DNA from: an uncultured Verrucomicrobiae bacterium
Lineage (GTDB): Bacteria; Verrucomicrobiota; Verrucomicrobiia; Limisphaerales; Palsa-1400
Direction of reading: 5' to 3'
NCBI GenBank assembly: GCA_963707025.1
Contig: CAVPOM010000013.1
Span: forward strand, 80,690 to 144,689
Length of the DNA stretch: 64,000 bases
The notes beneath the pieces were generated by a model that was given only the letters and a program-made list of their open reading frames with translations, did not search any database and had not been told where the DNA came from. The position numbers were made by a program, and so were the translations under genes. Shown piece after piece: positions 34,446 through 46,341 of this stretch. Each line of letters opens with the position of its first letter. The stretch's first letter is position 1.

Positions 34446-37400
34446 ATGAAAGACGAATCCGCATACCCAAACCCCGGCGAGGCGGAAACCATTTTTAACG
34501 CCGCCCTGGCCTTCAGCGCCGCCGAACGCGCGGCTTACCTGGCCGGGGCTTGCCGGGACAACCTTCCCTTGCGCCAGCGGGTCGAAGCCTTGCTCCGCGC
34601 CCACGAAGCGCCGCCCGGCTTCCTGCCCGAGCAACCCGCCGCTGCGCCCAGACCGACGATGCTCGTCACACCCATTCAGGAAGCGGCCGGAACTGTGATC
34701 GGCCGCTACAAATTGCTGCAACAGATCGGCGAAGGCGGCTGCGGCGTGGTCTATATGGCCGAACAGCAGGAGCCGGTGCGGCGGCGGGTGGCGCTAAAGG
34801 TCATCAAGCTGGGCATGGACACCAAGCAGGTCATCGCCCGGTTTGAGGCCGAGCGCCAGGCGCTGGCCCTGATGGACCATACCAACATCGCCAAGGTCTT
34901 CGACGCCGGAGCGACTGAAACCGGCCGGCCTTATTTCGTGATGGAATTGGTCAAGGGGATTCCCATCACGCGGTATTGCGACGAGAACAACCTGAGCACG
35001 GTGACGCGGCTGGGCCTGTTCGTGCAAGTCTGCCAGGCCATTCAACATGCTCACCAGAAAGGGATCATTCATCGCGACATCAAGCCTTCCAACATTCTGG
35101 TGGCCGACCACGACGGGGTGCCGGTGCCCAAGATCATTGATTTTGGCATCGCCAAGGCGACGACCGATCAGGCGCTGACGGACAAGACTTTGTTCACGGC
35201 CTTCGAGCAGTTCATCGGCACGCCGGCCTACATGAGTCCCGAGCAAGCCAGGTTGAGCGGGCTGGACATTGATACGCGCAGCGACATCTATTCGCTGGGA
35301 GTGCTGCTGTATGAGTTGTTGACGGGCAAGACTCCGTTTGAAGGCAAAAGGTTGCACGAAGCGGGGCTGGACGAAATCCGCCGCATCATCCGGGAAGAGG
35401 AGCCGCCGCGGCCTTCCACCCGGCTGCACACGCTGGACGCGGCGGAGCAGACGACGGTGGCCAAGCACCGCCAATCCGATCCGCCGAAACTGGCGCATCT
35501 GATCAGCGGCGACCTGGACTGGATCGTAATGAAGTCATTAGAAAAGGACCGGGGGCGGCGCTATGAAACAGCCAATGGTCTGGCCATGGATATTCAAAGA
35601 CATCTGCACAATGAGCCGGTGGTGGCGCGCCCTCCCAGCAACCTTTACCGCTTTCAGAAGATGGCGCGCCGGAACAAGCTGGTTTTCGCCGCAGCCAGCG
35701 CCATCGCCCTGGCCTTGCTCGCCGGGTTGGGCTTCTCCTCTTGGTCGTTCCTGCGCGAACGCGCGGCCCACGCCGGTGAGATCGCCGCACGTCGAACTGC
35801 GGAGGAACAGCGCCAACGCGCCGAAGACAACGCCGCCACCGCCCAAGAACAGCGCAAGCTGGCGGAAACGCGCGAAGCCGAGACGCACCGTTTGTTCTAC
35901 GTCGCCAACATGAATCTAGCCCAACAAGCCTGGGACCAGAACAACCTTGATCGGCTCGCGCAACTGCTGGAAGAGACGCAAGCGTTTTCAGACCGTGGTT
36001 TTGAATGGTACTACTGGCAGAGGCAAACTCACCGCTCCTTGAAGACGTTCCGAGGAGACCAACAGGGGAGCCTGAAATCTGTGGCTTTTTCCCCGGACGG
36101 CCAGCGCATTGTCACCGGGGGTTTTGGTAACACGGCCAAGGTGTGGGATGTGGCCAGCGGGCGGGTATTGCTCACCCTCGAGGGGCACAAAGGATTCATT
36201 TCATCTGTGGCCTATTCCCCGGACGGCCAGCGGATTGTCACCGGAAGTCAGGATCAGACAGCCAAGGTGTGGGATGCGGCCAGTGGCAAGGAACTGCTCA
36301 CGCTCAAAGGGGACACCAATGAGATTCATTCTGTGGCCTTTTCGCCGGACGGCCAGCGGATTGTCACCGGAGCCGGCGATAACACGGCCAAGCTGTGGGA
36401 CGCGGCCAGCGGCCGGGAACTGCTCCGGTTGAGCGCAGGGGGATATTACGCGGCGGCGGCCTTTTCGCCGGACGGCCAGCGGATCGTCACCGGAGCCGGG
36501 ATAACACGGCCAAGGTGTGGGATGTGGCCAGCGGCCGGGAACTGCTCACCCTCAAGGGGCACTACGCTAATGTTATTTCCGTGGCCTTTTCCCCGGACGG
36601 CCAGCGGATTGTCACCGGCGGCATGGATCAAACGGCCAAGGTGTGGGATGCGGCCAGCGGCCGGCAACTGCTCACCCTTAAAGGGCACAGCAGTAATATT
36701 AATTCTGTGGCCTTCTCGCCGGATAGCCAGCGGATTGTCACCGGCAGCATGGATCGCACGGCCAAGGTCTGGGAGGCGGCCAGTGGCCGGGAATTGCTTA
36801 CCTTCAAGGAGCATGGCAATCTAATTTCCTCCGTGGCCTTTTCCCCGGATGGCCAGCGGATTGTCAGTGCGAGTTATGATAGTACAGCCAAGCTATGGGA
36901 TGCGGCCATGAACCCGGAACCGCTCACGCTCAGAGGGCACGGCGGGGCGATTTATGCTGTGGCCTTTTCCCCTGATAGCCAGCGGATTGTCACCGGCAGC
37001 GAGGATCACACGGCCAAGCTGTGGGATGCGGCCAGTGGCAGGGAACTGCTCACACTGAGGCCTGGCAGCAATCGGGTCACCTGTGTGGCTTTTTCCCCGG
37101 ATGGCCAGCGGATGATCACCGGCAGTCCGGATCGGACAGCCAAGGTGTGGGATGCGGCCAGTGGCAAGGAATTGTTCATCCTCACGGGACACAGCGGTGA
37201 GATTCAATCCGTGGCCTTTTCCCCGAATGGCCAGCGGATTGTCACCGGAGCCTGCGATAACACGGCCAAGCTGTGGGACGCGGGAAGTGGCCGGGAATTG
37301 TCCACCCTCAAGGGGCACACCGGCTATATTACCTCCGTGGCCTTTTCCCCGGACGGTCAGCGGATTGTCACCGGCAGTTGGGATTGGACGGCCAAGATTT

Positions 37401-37870
37401 GGGATGCGGCCACCGGGCGCGAACTTTTCACGCTCAACGAACAGCTCACACCCCCGCGGTACAAAGGCCTGACGCCGATTGTATCTGTGGCCTTTTCCCC
37501 GGATGGCTATCGGATAGTCACGGCAAATTGGGATAATACGGCCAAGGTGTGGGGTTTGGCCGGTCGCCAGATTCTCCTCACGCTTAAAGGGCATAACGGC
37601 GCGGTTTCATCAGTGGCATTTTCTCCGGATGGCCGGCGGATTGTCACCGGGAGCAATGATCAGACGGCCAAGGTGTGGGATGCAGCCAGTGGCCGGGAAC
37701 TGCTCACGTTTGAGGGGCGTAACGGGATGATTGCGTCAGTAGCCTTTTCCCCGGACGGCCAGCGCATTGTCACCGGGAGCCATGATGGGACGGCCAGGGT
37801 GTGGGAGGCGGCGCGACCGGAGCAGGTCGCCCATTGGCAGGCGGAAGAAGCCGAGCCGGTGCAACATTAA
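34446..37870 (+). CDS. Ser/Thr kinase-TM-WD40 sensor; 1-bp frameshift near 36500
   Basis: GEGGCG, HRDIKPSN, DFG, GTPAYMSPE, then VAFSPDGQRIVTG...AKVWD repeats continuing in the 36395 frame. One G is missing versus neighbouring repeats. Confidence 0.9.
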
Positions 37871-37944
37871 CCCGTCTTCCAATATGAACCAACCGCCTGA
37901 ACCAATTTGACTCAAAAAAACGCCACTGCAGGTAGAACGAGATT

Positions 37945-40900
37945 ATGAAAGACGAATCCGCATACCCAAACGCCGGCGAGGCGGAAACCATTTTTAACGC
38001 CGCCCTGGCCTTCAGCGCCGCCGAGCGCGCGGCTTACCTGGCCGGGGCTTGCCGGGACAACCTCGCCCTGCGCCAGCGGGTCGAAGCCTTGCTGCGCGCC
38101 CACGAGGCAGCCCCAGGGTTTCTGCCCGAGCCATCAGCGCCGGCCCGCCCCACCGTCAAACTGGACGGCGCGGACAGCGCGCCCGACGACGCCGTCGGCA
38201 TGATGGTCGGCCGCTACAAGTTGCTGGAGAAAGTCGGGGAAGGCGGCTGCGGTGTGGTTTATGTGGCCGAGCAGGCCATGCCGGTCCGCCGGCGCGTGGC
38301 CCTCAAGGTCATCAAGCTGGGCATGGACACCAAGGCGGTCGTGGCGCGCTTCGAGGCGGAACGCCAGGCGCTGGCGATGATGGATCATCCCAACATCGCC
38401 AAGGTGTTCGATGCCGGGACCACGGAGACCGGCCGTCCTTTCTTCGTGATGGAGTTGGTGCGGGGCATCAAGATCACCGAGTACTGCGATCAGGCCAACC
38501 TGAGCACGAAGGAGCGGCTGGACCTTTTCATCAAGGTTTGCCAGGCCGTCCAGCACGCCCACCAGAAGGGCATCATCCACCGCGACATCAAGCCCTCCAA
38601 TATCATGGTGACGCTGCACGACGGCGTGCCGGTGCCCAAGGTGATTGACTTCGGCATCGCCAAGGCCACGGAAGGCCGGCTGGTGGACGCGACCGTCTAT
38701 ACCCAATTGCACCAATTCATCGGCACGCCGGCCTACATGAGCCCGGAGCAGGCGGAGATGAGCGGGCTGGACATTGATACGCGCAGCGACATCTACAGCC
38801 TGGGGGTGCTGCTCTACGAACTGCTGGCCGGCAGCACGCCTTTCGACCCCAAGGAACTGATGGCCGCCGGCCTTGATGCCATGCGCAAGACCATCCGCGA
38901 GAAGGAGCCGGTCCGCCCGAGCACGCGCCTGGCCACGCTCAAAGGCGAGGAGTTGACGACCGCAGCCAGACGCCGCTCCTCCGATGCGCCCAGGCTGATC
39001 CACCTGCTCAAGGGCGATCTGGACTGGATTGTGATGAAATGCCTGGAGAAGGATCGCACCCATCGCTACGAAACGGCCAACGGGCTGGCGATGGATCTCA
39101 AGCGCCACCTGGACAACGAACCGGTTGTCGCCCGGCCGCCGAGCAACCTCTACCGTTTCCAGAAGCTGGTGCGCCGCAACAAGCTGGCGGTCGGGGCGGC
39201 CGCGGCGATAGCGGTGTCGTTGATTCTGGGTTTGGGTATTTCCTCCTTCCTGTTTATCCGCGAGAAGCAGGCCCGGGCCAGCGAAGCCGGGATGTTTATC
39301 CGCGAGAAGGAAGCCCGCCAACAAGCCGAAGACGCCAAAAAGCAGGCCCAGGCCGAAGCCAGCCGGGCGGAAGCCGCGTCCCTCGAATTGAAGACAACCC
39401 TGTCTGCCTCCGAATTTGTCCAGGGTTCCCGCCTGCTTTCCGAAGGCTACCGCAGCGATGGCCTGGCTTATCTGGCGCGGAGTTTATCCGATAATCCGAC
39501 CAACGAGGTGGTTTCAACCAGGCTGGCGAACTTGCTAGCCTCTCATTATTGGATAGCTCCCGCAGGGTCGTTGCCACCGGCCAATGCCGCACCCTCCAGT
39601 CCGGATGGGAAGCAGCCCGCCGCGGCGCCGGGGGATGGCCTTGTGCGGGAGTGGGAGGCGCAGAGCCGGATGCCGCTGACGGAGACCTTGAAAACCGCCG
39701 GGCCGGTGATGTCAGCGCAATTCAGCCCGGATGGGAAGCGCATCCTCACCATGTCGGGAACAGAAACTCACGGCACGGCGCAATTGTGGGACGCGCAGAC
39801 CGGCCAGCCCCTGACCGGGCCTTTGCGGGACGGCAATAAACTGAATTCAGCGCAATTCAGTCCAGATGGGAAGCAGATCGTCACGGCTTCGGCGGACAAG
39901 ACCGCGCGGGTCTGGGATGCGCAAAGCGGCCAGCCGGTGACGGAGCCGCTCGAACACGACGGGGCGGTGGTTTCAGCGCAATTCAGCCCGGATGGGAAGC
40001 GGATCGTCACGGTTTGCTCCAGCAACACCGCGCGGGTGTGGGACGCGCAGAGCGGCCGGGCGCTGACCGGGCCGTTGCAACTGGGCAGCAGCGGCATCAA
40101 GCCGGAGGGATTTGGTTTTGACCCGGCGCAGGCGATGCTGAGTTACTTCGAGCAAATCGCGCGCGAGGCCGCCCAGCAAACTCAATTTAGTCCGGATGGG
40201 AAACAGATCGTCACGGCTTGGGGGGAGACAGCGCGGATCTGGGATGCGCAGACCGGCCAGCCGGTGACCGGCCCGCTGCCGCACACCGGCCGCCTGATCT
40301 CGGCGCAATTCAGTCCGGATGGCAGGCGCATCCTCACGGTCTCAGGACGGGGCAGGAATGCCACCGCCCAGCAGTGGGATGCGCAGAGCGGCCGGGCGCT
40401 GACTGAGCCGCCGCACTACGGCTCCAACGTGTATTCGGCGCGCTTCAGTTCGGATGGGCAGCGTATCTTAACGGCGTCCTTTGACGGGACTGCGCGGGTA
40501 TGGGATGCGCAGAGTGGCAAGCTGCTGGCCTCGCCTTTGCAACCCGGTTTCTTGCTTTCAGCGCAATTCAGTCTGGACGGCAAGCGCATCCTCAGGACGA
40601 CGATGGACCTTGATCAGTTGATACAAACGGCCGGCGAGGGCGGCCAGGTTCCCAGGGTACACTTCTTGACGCGGGTGTGGGATGCGCAGAGCGGCCAGCC
40701 GCTGACGGATTCTTTGCAAAACGAGCTTGATGCTTTGCAAAACGACTTCAGCATTTCAGCGCAATTTAGTCCGGATGGCAAGCGCTTCGTTACCACGTCT
40801 TCTGACGGGCACGCGCGCGTCTGGGACGTGGCCCCATCACCGGAAAACCACCCCGCCTGGTTGCCGCAACTGGCGGAAGCGATAGCCGGCCAGGCGCTGA

Positions 40901-41670
40901 ACCGGCAGGGCGTGTTGGAAGCGACCCAGTTCAACCGCGTTGAGATTATCAACCGCATCCGGCAGGAATTGAGCCGCGATCCCGACCAGGACGACTGGGT
41001 GGTTTGGGGACGCTGGTTTTTGGCCGATCCGTTCACGCGCACGATTTCGCCTTTTTCCAAACAAACCGTTCTCGAGTATGTCCAGGAGCGAATCAAGGAG
41101 AACACCGCGGAATCGCTCGATCAGGCCGCCCGGCTGGTGGGCAGCGATGACCCACGGTCGCAACGGATCGCAGAAGCGCGCAAGATTTTAGCCGAAAAGG
41201 AAGCCCAAACGGAGGCCCAAAAGGAAGCCTCTTTCTTCGTTGCCACGAATGCCGTTGATGCCGTCAATCCAGGAGAGGAGCAGTCCGAGACAAATCATGG
41301 TTTCGCAGAGCAGAAAACACAAACCGGCAGTTTTCAGAACCATGAATTTCGAGCGGCCTTGCTGGGCGGCTGGTTCTCCTACGAGGTCAAGGTGCTGCCG
41401 GATAAACCGGTGGTGGTGGTTTGCACCTACCCCGGCGACTTCAAATATCCAGGAAACTTCGACCTCCTGGTCAACGGCCAAAAGATCGCCACCGAAACAC
41501 TCCAAGCAGCGCCGCTCTTGGAGAAACCCGCGCAATTCCGCAGCAGGGAATATCGCATTCCGGAAGAGATGACGCAGGGCTTGGAGCATGTCACCTTGAA
41601 ATTCCGGCCGCGTCCAAGAGGCCTGACCACCCGGGTTTTCTGCGTCCGCATCCTTGAGGCGGAAAAATAA
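37945..41670 (+). CDS. Ser/Thr kinase-TM-WD40 sensor with C-terminal beta-sandwich (DUF6805-like)
   Basis: Kinase motifs; SAQFSPDG repeats; GWFSYEVKV...FDLLVNGQKIATE C-terminus. Confidence 0.9.
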   Translation: MKDESAYPNAGEAETIFNAALAFSAAERAAYLAGACRDNLALRQRVEALLRAHEAAPGFLPEPSAPARPTVKLDGADSAPDDAVGMMVGRYKLLEKVGEGGCGVVYVAEQAMPVRRRVALKVIKLGMDTKAVVARFEAERQALAMMDHPNIAKVFDAGTTETGRPFFVMELVRGIKITEYCDQANLSTKERLDLFIKVCQAVQHAHQKGIIHRDIKPSNIMVTLHDGVPVPKVIDFGIAKATEGRLVDATVYTQLHQFIGTPAYMSPEQAEMSGLDIDTRSDIYSLGVLLYELLAGSTPFDPKELMAAGLDAMRKTIREKEPVRPSTRLATLKGEELTTAARRRSSDAPRLIHLLKGDLDWIVMKCLEKDRTHRYETANGLAMDLKRHLDNEPVVARPPSNLYRFQKLVRRNKLAVGAAAAIAVSLILGLGISSFLFIREKQARASEAGMFIREKEARQQAEDAKKQAQAEASRAEAASLELKTTLSASEFVQGSRLLSEGYRSDGLAYLARSLSDNPTNEVVSTRLANLLASHYWIAPAGSLPPANAAPSSPDGKQPAAAPGDGLVREWEAQSRMPLTETLKTAGPVMSAQFSPDGKRILTMSGTETHGTAQLWDAQTGQPLTGPLRDGNKLNSAQFSPDGKQIVTASADKTARVWDAQSGQPVTEPLEHDGAVVSAQFSPDGKRIVTVCSSNTARVWDAQSGRALTGPLQLGSSGIKPEGFGFDPAQAMLSYFEQIAREAAQQTQFSPDGKQIVTAWGETARIWDAQTGQPVTGPLPHTGRLISAQFSPDGRRILTVSGRGRNATAQQWDAQSGRALTEPPHYGSNVYSARFSSDGQRILTASFDGTARVWDAQSGKLLASPLQPGFLLSAQFSLDGKRILRTTMDLDQLIQTAGEGGQVPRVHFLTRVWDAQSGQPLTDSLQNELDALQNDFSISAQFSPDGKRFVTTSSDGHARVWDVAPSPENHPAWLPQLAEAIAGQALNRQGVLEATQFNRVEIINRIRQELSRDPDQDDWVVWGRWFLADPFTRTISPFSKQTVLEYVQERIKENTAESLDQAARLVGSDDPRSQRIAEARKILAEKEAQTEAQKEASFFVATNAVDAVNPGEEQSETNHGFAEQKTQTGSFQNHEFRAALLGGWFSYEVKVLPDKPVVVVCTYPGDFKYPGNFDLLVNGQKIATETLQAAPLLEKPAQFRSREYRIPEEMTQGLEHVTLKFRPRPRGLTTRVFCVRILEAEK

Positions 41671-42009
41671 CCCCGCGCCGCATTGCCTGAATCAAGCGCT
41701 GAGCTTTAACTTTGCCGTTGGGCCGGCTTGACGGGGCCGAAGCTGGAGCGGAACGGGGTGTGTTGTTCGCCCGACGGCGCCTGGCCGCTGGCAAACGCCT
41801 CCATCCCGGCAAGGCCAGGCCTGCCGCTGCGCCGGCCCAGGCGAAAAGAAAGGAGCTGTCTTTCGGTTTCATCACGGCGGCAAGTTACGCGCTCTCAGCT
41901 TTTCGACAAATCTTTTCAGAATCCGTTCGCTTCGTTCATCCAAACCAAGCCGCCCGGCCGGGAAGAAAAGGATTGCTTGCGGGGGTTGGTTCGACCAAAA
42001 GTAGCAGCC

Positions 42010-42675
42010 GTGCCCGCACGAGCCGCCAAGCCGCCCGATTTCCGATTTGAATCGGATCTGTTGCAAAGGGGCTTCCACCCCATCGCCGGCGTGGACGAAG
42101 CGGGGCGCGGGCCGCTGGCCGGGCCGGTCGTGGCCGCCGCCGTCGTTTTCCCGGCGGATTGGATTCGGCGCGGCCTGCCAGAAGTTTTGCGGGAAATCAA
42201 CGATTCCAAACAGCTTTCCGCGGAAACGCGGGAGGCGCTTTATGCCGCGTTGGTTTCCAACCAGGAAATTCGTTTCGGCATCGCCCGGGTGGACGCGCCG
42301 CTCATTGATCAAATCAACATTCTCCAGGCGACCCATCGCGCCATGAACCTGGCGCTGGCGCAATTGCAGCCCCCGCCCCAGCACGTCCTGGTGGACGGCC
42401 TGCGCGTCAACAGCCTTGCCTTCCCCCAAACCGCCATCGTATCCGGCGACGCCTTGAGCTGGTCCATCGCCGCCGCCAGCATTCTGGCCAAAGTCACCCG
42501 CGACCGTCTCATGGTGGAGTTCGACCGCGAGTATCCCGGCTACGGTTTTTCCGGCCACAAAGGTTACGGGACCGGGCAGCATCTCGCCGCTCTGAAGCAG
42601 CGCGGCCCCTGTCCGATCCATCGTCATTCCTTCTCCCCGCTCCGCCCCGTGCAGACGGAACTTTTTCCCCCATGA
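42010..42675 (+). CDS. rnhB: Ribonuclease HII
   Basis: AGVDEAGRGPLAGPVVAA, DSKQL, VDG, AAASILAKVTRD, HKGYGT. Start inferred. Confidence 0.93.
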   Translation: MPARAAKPPDFRFESDLLQRGFHPIAGVDEAGRGPLAGPVVAAAVVFPADWIRRGLPEVLREINDSKQLSAETREALYAALVSNQEIRFGIARVDAPLIDQINILQATHRAMNLALAQLQPPPQHVLVDGLRVNSLAFPQTAIVSGDALSWSIAAASILAKVTRDRLMVEFDREYPGYGFSGHKGYGTGQHLAALKQRGPCPIHRHSFSPLRPVQTELFPP

Positions 42676-42870
42676 CCCTGCTGGAACGCCTCCAATCCTG
42701 GCGCGGCAAAAAACCGCCGACCGTGAGTTCGCGTCACGGCGCGCTGGGCGAGGGCGCGGCCAAGAAACATCTGCAAGGAGCCGGCCTGAAATTTCTCACC
42801 GCCAATTTCCGCACCCGGCGCGGCGAATTGGATTTGGTCTTCCGCGACGCCGATTGCCTGCTGTTTGTTT
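42672..42870 (+). pseudogene. 5' fragment of a YraN-family gene
   Basis: GALGE.AA...L...N....GELDLV; homology ends before FVEVK. Confidence 0.8.
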
Positions 42871-43170
42871 TATTTGTCAGAAACTTATTCCTGTGCCAAC
42901 TCTGGTTCGTTATGAAACCACAATTGGCGATCAGGCGCGGATTAAACCACCGTGGCTGGACCTGGGTGATGTGGTCGGCTTGGTGGAAACCAAGCCGTCA
43001 CCTGATTTTGATCCCATCGAACTGAGGAATTCTGGAGGTGGGGTGGGGCTGCCGCGAACGGATAGATGGCGCGTGGTGGCGTGGGACGCGGCGTTGGGCA
43101 CTTTGGCCAGAAGAATTGAGCTTGAGTTTTCTGAGCGCTGTGGCATGCAGAGGTGCAAGCAAGACAAATT

Positions 43171-44013
43171 ATGAAGAAGAACCCGATTGCAAGTTGTCTG
43201 CGCGGACGCCGGGCTGTGGGGAAGCCGATGGGGTTCACCTTAATCGAATTGCTGGTGGTCATTGCCATCATTGCCATTCTGGCAGCGCTGTTGTTGCCCG
43301 TCCTGGCCAATGCCAAGAAGAAGGCCCAAGGTATCCATTGCGAGAGCAATCTGAGGCAACTTGGCTTGGGCTGGTACGCCTACGCGAATGATAATAAGGA
43401 CAGACTGGCTCCGGTCGCTTCCACGGCGGGTGGAATCGGCTGGGTGGATGGCGCAACTCCCGATTATGCGGCGGACATCACGAACGGAGTGCTGTGGCCT
43501 TATGTCGGGAACCTGGGTGTTTACCATTGTCCGGCGGACACTTCGACCTACCAGTCAGGCACCACCGGTACTGCCCAGAGCGCGCAGCGTGTCCATGAAC
43601 TGCTGGATGAACCCGGACCAAGACCCTTGGAACCAGATACCGGGCGGCACTGCTCAAGGCAGGGAGTTTAGGAAAATGGCCGATATCAGCACCGGGGGAA
43701 TGGGCAATGCCAGTTGTTTTGTGCTGCTGGACGAGAATCCCAACACCATCAATGACGGCTACTTTGGGGTTGACCCCGGTTATTCGAGCCCCTCCTTACT
43801 CTTCCCTCGCGGGCAACCAAGACGTTCTGGATAGATGTTCCCGCCACCTACCATCTCAATGCTTGCGGCTTTATTTTCGCCGATGACCATGCTGAAATCA
43901 AGAAATGGACGGACCCGGCGATCCTGGCCAAAAACGCGGGCAACTTTCAACCAGCGACTCCGCCCTACACCGATTTGCGCTGGTTGCAGATCAGAGCCAC
44001 CGTCCCGAAATGA
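43171..44013 (+). pseudogene. Prepilin-type protein gene with two frameshifts (~43560, ~43805)
   Basis: [57 protein letters not shown]...W, where the usual DG reads DD. Confidence 0.75.
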
Positions 44014-44300
44014 CACTTCGGCTGCGTCGGGCTTGACTGCCTGGGTCGTAGCTTATGGAGATTCCAACGGTTCTGAAGTGAAAGCTCTATTTGCCATTCA
44101 GGAGCAAGATTTAGGTTTTAAGACTTATTCCAAGCAAGTTAGGTTGCAAGAGGTTGCTGGAGAACACCCCGGCATCGCATACGGCGGCAGCTTTTCAGCG
44201 CGGCTAGGGGATCAGCTTGAACTGCGCGAGCCTTGATGAGTGGCATGGGCTTGCTGAAAATGGTTGTCTCCGCGTTCAATTCGTGTTCAATCGGTGGTTG

Positions 44301-44729
44301 GTGAATCTCTTGGCAAAGCTCAAAACGCGTTTCGCTGGCAAGGCGGAGCCGGAACATTTGAGGCGCGGCGCGCTGGGCGAGGGCGCGGCCAAGAAACATC
44401 TGCAAAGAGCCGGCCTGAAATTCCTCACCGCCAATTTCCGCACCCGGCGCGGCGAATTGGATCTGGTCTTCCGCGACGCCGATTGCCTGGTCTTCGTCGA
44501 AGTCAAAACCCGATCCTCGGAAGACTGGACCCGTCCCGCGGCGGCCGTGAACGCGGAAAAACGCCGGCGCCTTTCCCGTTGCGCCCTCGACTACCTGCGC
44601 CTGCTGAAAAACCCGCCCATCAAAATTCGTTTTGACGTGGTGGAAGTCTTGTTGCAGGACGGCGCCGTGGCCGAAGTCCGTCATCTGCCCAACACCTTCA
44701 CCCTCTCCGCCCCCTGGCGCTACGGCTGA
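44301..44729 (+). CDS. yraN: YraN-family (UPF0102) nuclease
   Basis: GELDLV...LVFVEVKTRS...RFDVV. Confidence 0.9.
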   Translation: MNLLAKLKTRFAGKAEPEHLRRGALGEGAAKKHLQRAGLKFLTANFRTRRGELDLVFRDADCLVFVEVKTRSSEDWTRPAAAVNAEKRRRLSRCALDYLRLLKNPPIKIRFDVVEVLLQDGAVAEVRHLPNTFTLSAPWRYG

Positions 44730-44736
44730 AACCACT

Positions 44737-45735
44737 ATGAAGATTCTATTTATCGGCGGCACCGGTTTTATCAGCACGTCGGTCAGCCGGCTGGCCGCGG
44801 CCAGGGGTTTCGATTTGTATCTGCTCAACCGCGGCCTGAGAAAACCCGGTTTGCCGGGAGTCCGCCGGCTCACCGCCGACATTCGCCAGCCGGAACAAGC
44901 CCGCGCCGCGCTGCGCAAACTGCAATTTGACGCGGTGGTGGATTGGATTGCCTACACGCCGGAGGACATTGAGCGCGACCTGGCCCTTTTCCGGGGCCGC
45001 ACCCGGCAGTTTATCTTCATCAGTTCGGCCTCCGCCTACCAAAAGCCGCCCGGCCACCATGTCATCCGGGAGTCAACCCCGCTGCATAATCCTTACTGGG
45101 AATATTCGCGCAACAAGATCGCCTGCGAAGAGCGTCTGACACGGGCCTGGCGGGAAGAGGGCTTTCCCGCCACCATCGTCCGCCCTTCCCTGACCTATGG
45201 CGACGCCAATTTCCCCATCGCGCTGGGTGGCTGGGGCTGTTACACCCTGGCGGATCGTTTGAAAAAGGGGCGGCCCATCATCGTTCATGGCGACGGTTCC
45301 TCCTTGTGGGTCGTCACCCACGCCGACGATTTTGCCCGCGGATTTTGCGGCCTGCTCGGCAACCAGCAGGCGGTGGGCGACGTTTTCCACATCACTTCCG
45401 ACGAGGTGCTGACCTGGAACCAGATTTACGAAACCATCGCCGACGCCCTCGGCGTCAAAGCCAACGTGGTCCACATCCCCTCCGATTTTATCGCCCGGGT
45501 GGCCCCCGCGCTGGCGGGCAGCCTGCTGGGCGACAAAACCTGGAGCGTGGTTTTCGACAACAGCAAAATCAAGGCCTTCGTGCCCGGTTTTCAGGCGGTC
45601 ATACCATTCCGCGAAGGCATCCGCCGCACCTTGGCCTGGTTTGACGCGGACAAGAAGCGCCGCCGCGTGGACCCAGCCGTCAATTCCCAACTGGAAACCA
45701 TTCTGGCCGCCTACGCCGCCCAATCCCAATCATAA
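44737..45735 (+). CDS. NAD-dependent epimerase/dehydratase family protein
   Basis: ILFIGGTGFIS, ISSASAY, YSRNK, HGDG. Confidence 0.9.
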   Translation: MKILFIGGTGFISTSVSRLAAARGFDLYLLNRGLRKPGLPGVRRLTADIRQPEQARAALRKLQFDAVVDWIAYTPEDIERDLALFRGRTRQFIFISSASAYQKPPGHHVIRESTPLHNPYWEYSRNKIACEERLTRAWREEGFPATIVRPSLTYGDANFPIALGGWGCYTLADRLKKGRPIIVHGDGSSLWVVTHADDFARGFCGLLGNQQAVGDVFHITSDEVLTWNQIYETIADALGVKANVVHIPSDFIARVAPALAGSLLGDKTWSVVFDNSKIKAFVPGFQAVIPFREGIRRTLAWFDADKKRRRVDPAVNSQLETILAAYAAQSQS

Positions 45736-46341
45736 TCCGAATCTTAATTTCTGTTTCTCCTCCAGGCTGGGCCTGGAATCATTCACTGTTGGAAAGCAGC
45801 GCGATAGAAACGAACAGGAAAGGCGCCCGCGGCAGCATCGTCCCATTCCACAAACCCATTGACGGCGGCATTCGTGGCCAGCGGCATCCACTGCGCTGGA
45901 AAGAGATTGGTCTCCGCTTCGAGGACATAGCTGCGGCCCGTGGTGCCGCTGAGTTCCAGATGAATAGCTCCGTTGTTCGTCGCAAAAATGGAGGTGAACC
46001 GCGGCGGCACGGCGATGGACAGCACGCCATTCGAGCCACCCGCCGGAATCAGAGTGCCCCCCGGGGTGGACACAACAATGTTCGATATGATGATCGTCTC
46101 GTCATGATCCGGCGCATTGCTTGAAATGCTAAAAGGCTCGTAAACCAGCACACCGTTGGTCAGTGGGGAGTTCGAATATGAGAACATCAAGACCCTCCGC
46201 ACGCCCGTGGCTGGTTCGCTGGTAAAAACCATTTGATCCGCGAGGGCGCTGCCGCCCACAGGTGTGCCGGTGGCCAGGTAGTTGGTGTCATACACCAGGT
46301 CGAATTGCAGGGACGGCGCGTTGGTGTCCGTGCTGTAGTTA

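Noticed and set aside
36070..37810. Regular ~126-bp DNA repeats suggesting a CRISPR array
   Set aside because: They are in-frame WD40 coding repeats, with no spacer structure and no cas genes.
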